From positions 448,001 to 512,000 of the forward strand of contig CAWJZV010000030.1 in the NCBI GenBank assembly GCA_963847445.1: a stretch of 64,000 nucleotides of DNA. Reading direction: 5' to 3'. This document shows, one piece after another, positions 32,242 through 41,957 of this stretch. Positions within the stretch are counted from its first letter, which is position 1, and every line of letters begins with the position of its first letter. The translations under genes and the position numbers were made by a program. The notes under the pieces were generated by a model. The model did not search any database, was not told the origin of the DNA, and saw nothing but the letters and a program-made list of their open reading frames with translations. The stretch is from an uncultured delta proteobacterium. Its GTDB lineage: Bacteria; Desulfobacterota; Binatia; UBA9968.

Positions 32242-33171
32242 CTATACCCAACTATCATCTTGCGCGTAGCCGAATTCAATTAAAAGATCTCCGGCTTCTT
32301 GAGCAAAGACACGTCGATCTTCGGCGCTCAACTTGTTGCGCCAGGCGTCCTTGCGTCCACTGGTGACGACCATCGTCGAAACAATATTATCCTCTAATTC
32401 AAAAAATCGCAGCGCTTGCCGCAACATTCGTTGAGAATTCTCAACGACATCTTCATAGCGAATCTCCTGATAATCGATAGCAGATGCACGAGCTGCTTTT
32501 CTGCCGTCCATGATAAGCCTTTTCCACCTGCGGGCAGCTGCTCGGACCGTCTTCGGACCCCACGATAGCGATAAATTTGAAACCGCGACGTCTCGACCGT
32601 CTCTAACGATATGTATGCACTTGCTGTGCGGGAAAAGCTTTGGCAGAGTGTCTAGATAGGTCAGCAGCCCGGGAGTCTTGTTTATCCAATTGGGCTTATT
32701 CATGCGGGCGCAATGGATTGCGAAAAGCCGATCAACGTACAGTCGTGCAGAACTATAGACCTCTTCGGGTTCTACACGCCCCATGCGCAATGGAGCTAAC
32801 CAATCTTCGGTTTCCTTGACCAGCTCATCCAAGCGGTAATGAATGCAATAACTTTCACCGAATGGAAATGACTCGTAACGTTGCTTAAGGCCATTTCCCT
32901 CGTCTGGAACAATGCTATAGCGAACTGCCTTCCGTTCATAGGTATTGCAGGTTCTTTGAAAAGACGCACGCACTAGCGGTTCGCAGGCGAGCCGGGCCAT
33001 TCGCCGAGAGATCCCATCGCCATAATACCAAGAAGCCGACCGACACAGCACCAACAAGTTTCTTAAAAACCGTGTTTCATAGAGCGGTGCGATCAATGGA
33101 TGCTGCCCCAAGAGATTAATCAGCAACGTGGTTCCCGATCTTGGAACCCCGACTATGAACCCGGGTTTCAT
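32242..33171 (-). CDS. PAPS-dependent sulfotransferase family protein
   Basis: 5'-PSB motif FIVGVPRSGTT, NKTP, 3'-PB motif IHIVRDGRDVAVS, IRYEDVV. Confidence 0.9.
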   Translation of the reverse strand: MKPGFIVGVPRSGTTLLINLLGQHPLIAPLYETRFLRNLLVLCRSASWYYGDGISRRMARLACEPLVRASFQRTCNTYERKAVRYSIVPDEGNGLKQRYESFPFGESYCIHYRLDELVKETEDWLAPLRMGRVEPEEVYSSARLYVDRLFAIHCARMNKPNWINKTPGLLTYLDTLPKLFPHSKCIHIVRDGRDVAVSNLSLSWGPKTVRAAARRWKRLIMDGRKAARASAIDYQEIRYEDVVENSQRMLRQALRFFELEDNIVSTMVVTSGRKDAWRNKLSAEDRRVFAQEAGDLLIEFGYAQDDSWV

Positions 33172-33323
33172 TTCCTCGTAGTCCTGTGGCGTCAGTTAAA
33201 ATAATCACTGCCGCAGCGCCGCTCAAGAAACCCGACAGCTCTGGCGAATTCGCGCCGTTACGGAACGGTCGCTCGTGAGATGCAAAGGAGATACCGCGAT
33301 ACACCAACCAAAGTTAATTACCG

Positions 33324-34046
33324 CTAAGAGTCTCGTAAGCCATTGCGATTCGGGTATGGCAGGGCTCGAGCGACAAACTGATATGCAAGTAAAGTTTTCC
33401 AAAGTCTAACCATAGCGAAATGTATTTCGTGAATTGGCGCAACATGGGGACTCCGCGTCCACGGCAGAACCAGTTGCACTGGCAACGGCGTTGGCACAAC
33501 GTCGACAACGCGACAAGCAGCGTTTTGTAACAGTGCCTTGAAACTCGACAACGTATAAAAGCGCAGATGGGTTCGATCCAAGATCCCTCGATCTTGGTAA
33601 TCAAATTTACCGAACAGCAACATGATCCGAATCAATAAATTTGCAATGTTCGGAACCGAAATAATAACCTGGCCTGTCGAATTTAGGCAGGTTAGAGAGC
33701 GTCCTAAGACCACCTCCGGCTCGCGCAAATGTTCTAAGACATCGGCAAAAATAATAAAATCGAATTCCGCCTCGAACGGGAAGTCAAAGGTTTCGAGATT
33801 GGCAAGATAAAACCTAGCATAATACGGCTGGGCGCCCTTTGCCAAGAATTCGTCTTTTTCAACCCCAACCACGTAATGCCCTCGTTGCCTGAGGACCGCC
33901 CCCAAGTATCCATCTGCGGTTCCCACGTCCAAAATTCTTAGCGGGCGTTGTAAATCATCTAAAAATTTCAATATCCAGTAGTGACTACTGTACTTAAAAC
34001 TTTTTAACCGGTAGTTGAATTCTTGGGCTTTTGCCTCGTCCCTCAC
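33324..34046 (-). CDS. Class I SAM-dependent methyltransferase
   Basis: ILDVGTADG, FDFIIFADVLEHL, ISVPNIA, GILDRTHLRFYT; GTGA overlap with the upstream GT. Confidence 0.87.
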   Translation of the reverse strand: MRDEAKAQEFNYRLKSFKYSSHYWILKFLDDLQRPLRILDVGTADGYLGAVLRQRGHYVVGVEKDEFLAKGAQPYYARFYLANLETFDFPFEAEFDFIIFADVLEHLREPEVVLGRSLTCLNSTGQVIISVPNIANLLIRIMLLFGKFDYQDRGILDRTHLRFYTLSSFKALLQNAACRVVDVVPTPLPVQLVLPWTRSPHVAPIHEIHFAMVRLWKTLLAYQFVARALPYPNRNGLRDS

Positions 34047-34819
34047 TCCGCCCTCCGGTATCGGGCGGGAAAACATTCGAATTGTTTCTGCGCGATCCAA
34101 GAGGAGCGATGCAGTATATACCGTAAAAGCACGACCAGAATGCTCACACCGTAGACCACGCTGGCGCTAAAACTAGCACTCGAAGCTTCGGCAAAATAGC
34201 GCGTCGGCACGGGCACCTCTTTGATGCGAAATCCCAGGTGAACCGCTTGGACTAACATTTCCTGGTCGAAAACAAAGTTATCCGAATTCAACAGGAACGG
34301 CACTTCTTCCAAAACCCGCCGGGAGAAAGCCCGATATCCAGTGTGATACTCGGCAAGCGTCTGATGGAGCACTTGGTTCTGAATACCGGTCAGGAAGCGA
34401 TTGCCGAGGAATTTCCACCAAGGCATTCCTTGTTTAACCACGTCGCCGCCGAGCAGGCGCGAACCAAGGACCACGTCGGCGTCACCGTTCTTGATCGGCG
34501 CAATCAGATTGGGCAACAATGACGGATCGTATTGATAGTCGGGATGAAGCATGACGACGATATCCGCGCCGGCCTTCACGGCCTCGGTATAGCAGGTTTT
34601 CTGGTTGCCGCCGTAGCCAAAATTGCGCGTGTGAACGAACACCTCCAAATGGAGTTCTTTAGCAATCGTGAGGGTCTCGTCCCGGCTGCCGTCGTCGACT
34701 AGGATCACTTGATACACGTCCTCCATGGGAATGGCGTCGTAGGTGATTCGTAATGTCTTGGCGGCATTGTAGGCCGGCATGACTACGATCACTTTCGGCT
34801 TGTCCGGAGCAACTGCCAT
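34043..34819 (-). CDS. GT2, DPM1-like polyprenyl-phosphate glycosyltransferase
   Basis: VVMPAYNAA, VDDGSRD, GYGGNQK, MLHPDYQY, EYHTGYRAF, FVFDQEML. Confidence 0.9.
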   Translation of the reverse strand: MAVAPDKPKVIVVMPAYNAAKTLRITYDAIPMEDVYQVILVDDGSRDETLTIAKELHLEVFVHTRNFGYGGNQKTCYTEAVKAGADIVVMLHPDYQYDPSLLPNLIAPIKNGDADVVLGSRLLGGDVVKQGMPWWKFLGNRFLTGIQNQVLHQTLAEYHTGYRAFSRRVLEEVPFLLNSDNFVFDQEMLVQAVHLGFRIKEVPVPTRYFAEASSASFSASVVYGVSILVVLLRYILHRSSWIAQKQFECFPARYRRAE

Positions 34820-34833
34820 GGAGTTTCAGATAA

Positions 34834-35718
34834 CTAATTGCGTAGTAACGCTGGGGCGCAAACTCGTTGCCGCGACTTGACGGCGTCCAAGCGATTCGAC
34901 TCTCGGACCACCTTTTCGATGATCCTGCGCCGCAACTGAGGGCTGGCGTAATCTCGACCTAGATAGCTCCGTAGGACGAACATTTTCTGAACGTCGCTTA
35001 AATACCTGCCGAGAGTACGATTCAGTTGAACCAAATTCTTGATCCGGCGGTTTTCGGATAAGACGCGAAACTGGCGCACACCCTCGAGATCGAGCAAATA
35101 CAAGGCGATCCTCTCGCTACCGATTGACATTGCCGCGAGAATATTAGCGTCCTTCAGGTCGTTATGGTAGACGCCCTGACTGTGCAGCGCGTGAAACAGC
35201 GATCCCAGGGTAGTCAGAAATGCGCGGCGGCACCTGACTCCCGCCTGAGTCGGCTGGCAACTCAGGGTTTCCCGCCATAGGGAGTCCACGGTCACGCCTC
35301 CTCGGATCTCTTCGGAAAGAAAGAAACTCCGGGTGACCGCGCCCCATATCCGTTCTTCGACGGCAGCGATCGGTTTTGCCGTTGCGATGCCATTACGTTT
35401 CAAAATAGCTGCACCGCGCAGTGATTTTATCCCACCCGAAGGGCTAAATATCGATGCTAAACGATGACGCAGCGAAAATGTATTGTAACGTTTGACATAA
35501 ATACACCGCCGCGCGCCGCCAAGGTCGAGCGTCACTCTCGCCACCTTGATCTTGCGTTGATCTTTGATGACTTCACAGCCGGGATGATCGAAAAGCTCAT
35601 CGGGATTTTTTAACAGCGCCACCACGGCAGGATCGGCATAATTAGGATCGAGCCAGATCTGACATCCCCGAGAGCGATGTAAAACAAATTCAGGATACAC
35701 GGATGGCGGCCGGCCCAT
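34834..35718 (-). CDS. Lipopolysaccharide kinase (Kdo/WaaP/InaA family)
   Basis: IYVKRY, YHNDLKDANIL, LLDLEGV, KNLVQLNR. Confidence 0.85.
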   Translation of the reverse strand: MGRPPSVYPEFVLHRSRGCQIWLDPNYADPAVVALLKNPDELFDHPGCEVIKDQRKIKVARVTLDLGGARRCIYVKRYNTFSLRHRLASIFSPSGGIKSLRGAAILKRNGIATAKPIAAVEERIWGAVTRSFFLSEEIRGGVTVDSLWRETLSCQPTQAGVRCRRAFLTTLGSLFHALHSQGVYHNDLKDANILAAMSIGSERIALYLLDLEGVRQFRVLSENRRIKNLVQLNRTLGRYLSDVQKMFVLRSYLGRDYASPQLRRRIIEKVVRESNRLDAVKSRQRVCAPALLRN

Positions 35719-36845
35719 GACAAACTTCGTTGAGGACGGCTTCAAGCCGTTGGAAATGGCTATTCCACGAGTACTGTTCTCCGAGCTGTCGTGCCGCATT
35801 GCGAAATTCCGGCTTCGACGCACTGTTCGAGCATGCTCGACAGCCGCGTTTCGAGTTGCATAGAATCGCCGGCATCTTCGACGACTCCTTGCCTCAAGCA
35901 GCCGGTCAATAAGGCGCCGGCGCCAACCTCCCGGCTGACCACTACCGGCACACCGGAAGCGAGAGACTCGAGCACGACATTGCCGAACGCCTCCTGTAAC
36001 GCCGGCAAGGCAACCAGATCCGCCATGGCGTAATAATTCTCGATGTCATCCTGGCGGCCGACAAAAAGAATACGATCTCCTGCGACCGACTTAGCCCAAT
36101 TTTGGTAGTGGCCCATGCGCCCATCGTCCCCGACAACCATCAAGTAGGCCTGGCTCAAGGGTGGGCGATGCCAAATCGCGATGAGACGGTCCAATCCCTT
36201 GCGCGAAAATCCGCTGCCGACGAACAAAACCAATCGCGCCTGGTTGGGAACTTTCCAGCGCGCGCGCAGGTTGGCGCCGACCTTCGCGCGCCGAGACGGA
36301 TGAAAGCGCTGCTGGTCGACGCCATTGTAGAGAACGGCAATTTTGTCCTTCTTGACCCGGTAATTCGACGCGATGTCGCACTTGACCTCGTCGGACACTG
36401 CGATCACCTTCTTGAAGTGCCCGTCGGAAAACTGTTTTTTCTCTATCCGCAAGAGACTTTGGTGATAGAAACTCAGACGTTGCCAGAGCCGCCGCCATAC
36501 CCCCCGTTGTTGCTCCATTCGCAGCAGGAAGCCACGATGGGTACCGCCGCCGCTGCGGAGGATATCCTGGGACAAAAGGCGCCCGAAGCTGACAACGAGA
36601 TCGCATCGGTGATTCTTGATAATTCTCGGAGCGAGCAGGGCAAAGCTCCACAATCGCCACGTTCGTCCCAATCGAAGCACTGGAATAGTATGGCCGATTG
36701 TGCCGCGCGGCGCCGCCACGCCATACTCACTGCAAAATAAATGCACCTGATGGCCGAGATCACGCAACCCCTCAGCAGTCTGATAGAGATCCCTTTCGGT
36801 GCCGCCGTTGAGATCAAGCCGTTTATGCACAAGTGCGATTTTCAA
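35690..36845 (-). CDS. GT4 glycosyltransferase, WaaG-like (frameshift near 35820)
   Basis: GGTER, VIAVSDEVK, LYNGVD, FVGSGFSRKGL, EAFGNVVLESLASG; C-terminus RNAARQLGEQYSW in the alternative frame. Confidence 0.87.
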
Positions 36846-37570
36846 ACTTGAGTTTTCCTGGCTTTAACGACGATATTGTCCGACAACAAAAGCGCAGGAT
36901 GAAAAAGGAAGGATAGGATTTGCCAATTGTAGCGCCGCTGCACAGGGTCTTTCTCGGCGCGAATCACCGTGATGAAACTAAAGAGCCACATGAACGGCCA
37001 AAACAATATCGTAAAAAGCCGCGCGGCAAATTTTACCCGCGTTTTGGAAAGCCCGGCAACTTCGAACCCATAATGAAACAGCAGGTAATAGAGCTCGTAG
37101 AAATGCAACAAATAGATATTCGGAGCTTGACCCGGCTTGCTCGAATAGTGCGCCGGTCGAACCCGGCCGCGCAAAAACCCGGTGAACAAAAACCGCACTC
37201 GCGACATCAGATTAAGCACGTTGGGCGTGCTGATGAGCACTACCCCGCCCGGCTTGAGGACCCTGGCCAGTTCGCGAATCAGTTGGGGCTGATTTTCGAT
37301 ATGCTCTATCACTTCGACCAAATCTACGGCGTCAAAACTTGCCGTGCGAAACGGCAAGAACGCATTGAGGTCGACCCCAGCGACACGCTCGATTCCCGGC
37401 GTCATTGCGGGGGGCGGAGAATAATCGGTGGCAACTACATCATAGCCAAGCCGAGCCAACATTTCAGCGCTATCGCCGCCACCGCAGCTCAAATCCAACA
37501 TTCTCTTTCCAACCGGGTCCTCCGTAGACCACGCCGAAGATATTGCGTCGAAAATAGCGTTGTTAGGCAT
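36842..37570 (-). CDS. Class I SAM-dependent methyltransferase
   Basis: MLDLSCGGG, FDAVDLVEVIEH, RVLKPGGVVLISTPN. Confidence 0.85.
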   Translation of the reverse strand: MPNNAIFDAISSAWSTEDPVGKRMLDLSCGGGDSAEMLARLGYDVVATDYSPPPAMTPGIERVAGVDLNAFLPFRTASFDAVDLVEVIEHIENQPQLIRELARVLKPGGVVLISTPNVLNLMSRVRFLFTGFLRGRVRPAHYSSKPGQAPNIYLLHFYELYYLLFHYGFEVAGLSKTRVKFAARLFTILFWPFMWLFSFITVIRAEKDPVQRRYNWQILSFLFHPALLLSDNIVVKARKTQV

Positions 37571-37675
37571 TTTCCAGCTGCTCGGGTCCTTGCTATCAGG
37601 ACAGAGGTAAAGTTACTTTCTCATTCTCCATGGTAGTCCGTAGTTCGATGATCGTTCAGCCCTGGGGAACGATAT

Positions 37676-38554
37676 CTAGCCGTTTCGCGCGCTAGTCCTG
37701 TCCGGAACCCAGCACATCAGCTTGCGGAAACTTCCGTTCGGATCTATGCCATCACATTCGTTACGGCGCTGACGTGTGCGCGCCTCAAGCCAGCGGGCGA
37801 ACCGACAATCTTGTGTCGTCAACTTCACCACGCCGAGATAGGCGTGTAAGAAACGCAGGCGATCTTGCAGGGTGATATGCGCCAAGGGCAATCGGTTGAG
37901 CTGCACCAAGTTGCGCTTCCTTAACTTACCGGTCAGCCATGGCGGATAGAGCCGGGTGCGGTCGTTATCCATGAGGTAGAAATTCGGGAAATCTGCACTC
38001 CACCCCGAAATGAATATATTCGTCGCTACCAGATCGCCATGCACGAAACCCAGGTCGTGGAAACGGCGCACCATCTGCCCGAGTTGCACCAGAGCGCTGC
38101 GTTTTCTTTTGACCTGAGCACAATTATCACGGGAATAAGTCAAGCCGGACAAGAAAACTGGCGCTGGCTGACCGTCGATTTTTTCTGTCAGCACGAGGGA
38201 CGACTCAGCCAAGCCCCAATGACGCCTTTCGCCAAACAGGACGGTGAGCGGCACAGCAAATCCGGCGGCATTGAGTGCCAAACCCTGTTGCCAGAACCGG
38301 CGCGCCTTGGTTGGGCGCAGCAGATCTTTAACCATCGTCAGGCCAGGGCGGCGATGAAAAACTTTCAAGAAATAATGACTCTTGTTGGTATCCGGCGGCC
38401 AAGTGAATGGCAGAGTTTGCGGATGTTTGGAATATGGCTGGCGGTCGACGATGGCGGCGAGCCTCTCTAACATCTGGGCGTCTGCTATGTCCCTCAACAC
38501 CCAGAAGTCCCAGTTACCGGACCGGAGGGCTCCGTAGTCAGCCACACTCGGCAT
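37676..38554 (-). CDS. Lipopolysaccharide kinase (Kdo/WaaP family)
   Basis: YFLKVF, FVHGDLVATNI, LMDNDRT, RNLVQLNR, DRLRFLHAY. Confidence 0.83.
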   Translation of the reverse strand: MPSVADYGALRSGNWDFWVLRDIADAQMLERLAAIVDRQPYSKHPQTLPFTWPPDTNKSHYFLKVFHRRPGLTMVKDLLRPTKARRFWQQGLALNAAGFAVPLTVLFGERRHWGLAESSLVLTEKIDGQPAPVFLSGLTYSRDNCAQVKRKRSALVQLGQMVRRFHDLGFVHGDLVATNIFISGWSADFPNFYLMDNDRTRLYPPWLTGKLRKRNLVQLNRLPLAHITLQDRLRFLHAYLGVVKLTTQDCRFARWLEARTRQRRNECDGIDPNGSFRKLMCWVPDRTSARNG

Positions 38555-39596
38555 GTTTTACTACTTCCGCAATACCGCCGTTAAAAACTCGCTTAAGCTT
38601 CGCGGCGATTTCATCCGTGCCAATCGACCGCATACACTGCCGGCCAATTCGGCAGTGTTTGCGATAACATGGGCTGCAAGGGGCCTCGCCTTTGATCGCC
38701 AAGCTGGCGAAACCGTAAGGCCCAGTTCTCGCCGGATCGGTTGCTCCCCATAACGAGATCACCGGGACAGTCAGCGCCGCGGCGATATGCATCAGCCCGG
38801 TGTCGGGTCCCACCGCCACTTTTGCCCTGGCGATGATCCCGATCGCCTCACGTAACGAAGTGCTACCGGCCAAATTGACTACGCCCGGCTCGCTCAATGC
38901 TAAAGACTGCTCGGCTAACTGCCGGTCATTGACACCACCAAGCAAGACCACCCCAAGCCGGTGGTCGCGCCGCAGCAGATTGGCGCAAGCGGCGATTTGA
39001 TCGGCGAACCAATTTTTGCTCTCCCAACGAGTGCCGACAAACAAAACCGCGAATGGCGATTCGATGTCTTTGAGATGGCCATCAACCGCATGTCGTTCGG
39101 CCTCAGTCAAGGCGAAATCCCAGCGCAGTGGCGTGAGCGCCAGCCCAAGAAATGCGGCGAACTTGAGGTAATGATCGAGCTTGGCGATGTTATTGCCGCA
39201 GGGTTCAATGAACAAATTATTGAACAGCCAATTACACTCCTTGGCGTCAGTGCGGTGAAATCCCAAGCGGTGCGGCGCACCACTGAAGCGGCTGATGACA
39301 CCGCTCTTAAGATGGCGCTGCAAGTCCAGCACCAGATCGAAGTTGTGGCGGCGAATTTGTTTGAGAAAAGCGCCAAAGCTCTTCCACCAGCGGCGCCGGT
39401 CGAACAGGATCACTGCGTCGATCGCCGAGTTGCCTTCAAGCAGCGGCGCCGCCGCCGGTTCCACCGACCAGGCAATAAACGCCTTGGGATAACCGGCGCG
39501 CAGCAACCCGGCTAGGGGCAAGGCGCGGGTCACGTCGCCGATCGAGCCATGCAAGACCAGCAGGATACGCTGGGCATCGATTTTAGCTGGAGGCAT
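38538..39596 (-). CDS. GT9 heptosyltransferase (WaaC/WaaF-like)
   Basis: GSIGDV, FDLVLDLQ, WESKNW, VGPDTGLMHIAAAL, LWGATDP.RTGPY, CSPC...C. Confidence 0.88.
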   Translation of the reverse strand: MPPAKIDAQRILLVLHGSIGDVTRALPLAGLLRAGYPKAFIAWSVEPAAAPLLEGNSAIDAVILFDRRRWWKSFGAFLKQIRRHNFDLVLDLQRHLKSGVISRFSGAPHRLGFHRTDAKECNWLFNNLFIEPCGNNIAKLDHYLKFAAFLGLALTPLRWDFALTEAERHAVDGHLKDIESPFAVLFVGTRWESKNWFADQIAACANLLRRDHRLGVVLLGGVNDRQLAEQSLALSEPGVVNLAGSTSLREAIGIIARAKVAVGPDTGLMHIAAALTVPVISLWGATDPARTGPYGFASLAIKGEAPCSPCYRKHCRIGRQCMRSIGTDEIAAKLKRVFNGGIAEVVKHAECG

Positions 39597-40352
39597 TGTA
39601 ATACTCTAGGAAACCGTCCCAGGCTCCTCGCGGGAAGTATTGCCGTTGCGGATCGAGTTTGCCGATCGATCTCGACAAGCGCTGGAGATTATTTTGGGCC
39701 AGCGGCACGGGTAGTTGCCCCAAGAACAAAATCGCTTTATCGAAATCGATGACATGACTCTCCACGCCCGCGGCGGTCGAACGGACCAGAATATTTTTGA
39801 GGTTGAGATCGTGATGATACACACCCTCGCGATGCATCCGGCGAATCGCCGCCGCAACCGCCTTCAAGACCGCCTCGATGCCGACGCTTTGGCAGAATCC
39901 GCTGTGCAGCGCAGCCCAAAGATCATGGGCGCCTTCCAATTGCCGCGTCACCAACCAGCCGCGGTAGAATCGGTCCGGCGATTTTTCCGACACAAGCGGC
40001 ATAAACCTCCACCGTCGGGAAACCTCTGCGGCGCAGCTCCTCGGTAACAGTCAGCTCGCGAAACGGCCGGGGCGGCCAGGAAAAAAACCATTTGCCGGTA
40101 ATCGAGCGCAACATCCCGCCATGACGATAGCGCCGGAACAATGCCGTGGTGCCATCGGCCAGTTGCACCGAGCGCATGTCGCCGCGCCCATAATAGCCCG
40201 CCACGCGTACCGTATCGCTCGATCTCCAAGCAGGTAGAAAACAAAATTTCCCGCTGTCGATCTGCCCTGACCACCAAGCGATTGCCCTGCGGGTCGGTCA
40301 ACTTTTGAAAACCTTCAGGTATCGCGCCCCAGATCATATTGTCGGAAAACAT
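39583..40352 (-). CDS. Kdo kinase KdkA-like (frameshifted)
   Basis: GRG, FRRYRHGGMLR, RPFREL, YRGWLVT, YHHDLNLKNIL, VIDFDK, NLQRLSRS..K. Confidence 0.83.
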
Positions 40353-40368
40353 ACCGGCGGGAACAGTT

Positions 40369-40614
40369 TAGCCTGGAGTGTTCATGCTACCTGGAAACTG
40401 CCACAGACTGGCGATCGAGGTGGAACCCTATAGGAGTGAAGGCATCGGCGCCAAATGTTTCATCGTCGTGATCAGCGCGCGGCAAGCGGTTTGACCCTTT
40501 AACGGGTGGTTTCACAGCAGATTCCCTCGTCGCTTCATCAAGGCAGAGCCGCTTTGCCTTCGCTCCTGAAAGGTTTCGTCTCGATCGCGCCTACACCACG
40601 AATAATCCAGGCTA
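40369..40614 (+). ncRNA. Unidentified ~250-nt structured non-coding element, copy A (between waaF and the kdkA-like gene)
   Basis: Homologous to 51546-51798; nested long stems: TAGCCTGGA/TCCAGGCTA termini, 40411-40427 with 40572-40588, 40432-40444 with 40555-40567; strand inferred from G-U wobbles. Confidence 0.65.
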
Positions 40615-40644
40615 GCAGATGTTACCCTGGCGGTGACGGTATAT

Positions 40645-41736
40645 TTAAGCGGCGAGAAATTCCGGTAGAAAGCGTTCGCGATCGCCGCTTGCCTGGCCGG
40701 CTAGGAGTTTTTCCACCGCGGCTAAAACCGTTTGAGCGCGAATCTGGCGAATGCAATTCTCATGGACCAACGGACACCTTCGGCCGCCATGGGAAGTACA
40801 GGGACGGCAACCGAGCTGTTTCTGAATAACGATGGCATTGCCGCTGTACGGATAGAACCCCAGATCTGGCGTGGTCGCACAGAATAGCGCCACCGTCGGC
40901 ACCTTGCGCGCCACGGCGATATGCATCGGACCGCTGTCGTTGGTGACGAAAACCTGGCAGCGCCCGATGGCGGCGGGTAGCTCGCGCAAGCTAAACTTGC
41001 CGGCAAGATCGAGCGCCGCGCCGCCGCAGCGCTCGAACAATCGCTTGACCACCTCGGCATCTTCCGGGGCGCCGAAAAGCAAAACCTGACAATCGAGCTT
41101 TGCCTTGACCAGCCCAATGAACTCGGCGAACCCTTCCAGCCACCAGCGCTTGGTCGGCCATACCGAGCCGGAATTTACGCCGATGGCCGGTTTGCCATCA
41201 ACGACGCCGAATTGCCGAAGTTTATCGGCGACGGCATCGTCGATTTGCCGGCGCGGCGGCAGATCGAGCTCCCTGGCACAATCTTGCACACGCACCCCGA
41301 GGGGCTGCAAAATCGATAAGTTCCGCTCGACATCATGACGAGCGGGATCGCGCTCGGCGCAATGATGAAAGAAAAACCAACCTTTGCTCTGGCGAAAGCC
41401 GATGCGTTGCGGAATGTTCGCTCGATAGAGCATGAAAGCGCTGCGCGCCGACTTATGCGGCGTCAGGGCCACGGTATACCGTTGCTGCCGCAGCATCGCC
41501 GCTTGCGTGGTCAAACCGCGCCAGCCGCGATGCGCTCTTTGCTTGTCATCGACGAGGATCTCGTCGATCGCCGGATGATCCTGCAAGAGTTCTCGACCGA
41601 GCGGGGTGCACATCAGCGACAGTTTTCTGACCGGAAATCTGCTCCTGATTTCGGCGATCAAGGGCAACGTCAGCACCAGGTCGCCGAGAAAGCTCGTCTG
41701 CAACACCAGCGCATTGTCCCAATTCACCGCGAGCAT
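40645..41736 (-). CDS. waaF: ADP-heptose:LPS heptosyltransferase II
   Basis: QTSFLGDLVLTLP, PHKSARSA, GSVWPTKRW, VTNDSGPMHIAVA, CRPCTSHG..CP. Confidence 0.85.
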   Translation of the reverse strand: MLAVNWDNALVLQTSFLGDLVLTLPLIAEIRSRFPVRKLSLMCTPLGRELLQDHPAIDEILVDDKQRAHRGWRGLTTQAAMLRQQRYTVALTPHKSARSAFMLYRANIPQRIGFRQSKGWFFFHHCAERDPARHDVERNLSILQPLGVRVQDCARELDLPPRRQIDDAVADKLRQFGVVDGKPAIGVNSGSVWPTKRWWLEGFAEFIGLVKAKLDCQVLLFGAPEDAEVVKRLFERCGGAALDLAGKFSLRELPAAIGRCQVFVTNDSGPMHIAVARKVPTVALFCATTPDLGFYPYSGNAIVIQKQLGCRPCTSHGGRRCPLVHENCIRQIRAQTVLAAVEKLLAGQASGDRERFLPEFLAA

Positions 41737-41739
41737 TTT

Positions 41740-41908
41740 TTACATCGGCACCGCCTCGTCGATCAACATCACCGGGATGTCGTCCTTGATCGCGTACATC
41801 AGCCGGCAGGACTGACAAACCAGCCCGTCGCCTTGGTCATTGAGATGGATGTCCCCTTTGCACTTGGGACAGGCGAGAATGTCGAGCAGATCTTTACTGA
41901 TTGCCATG
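41740..41908 (-). CDS. Trm112/YcaR family small protein
   Basis: MAISKDLLDILACPKCKG...LVCQSCRLMYAIKDDIPVMLIDEA. Confidence 0.9.
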
Positions 41909-41957
41909 GTTACAGCCTCCAATTTCGCTTGCAAACGCAGATTCGAATGAGCCTAGC

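Noticed and set aside
40369-40614. Element as 6S RNA, SRP, RNase P, tmRNA or group II intron
   Set aside because: No GAGGAAAGUCC, SRP helix-8 motif, tRNA-like CCA end or domain V. The rod with a bubble is 6S-like, but the multibranch head, length and two-copy intra-operon location argue against it; a cmscan run is needed to settle this.
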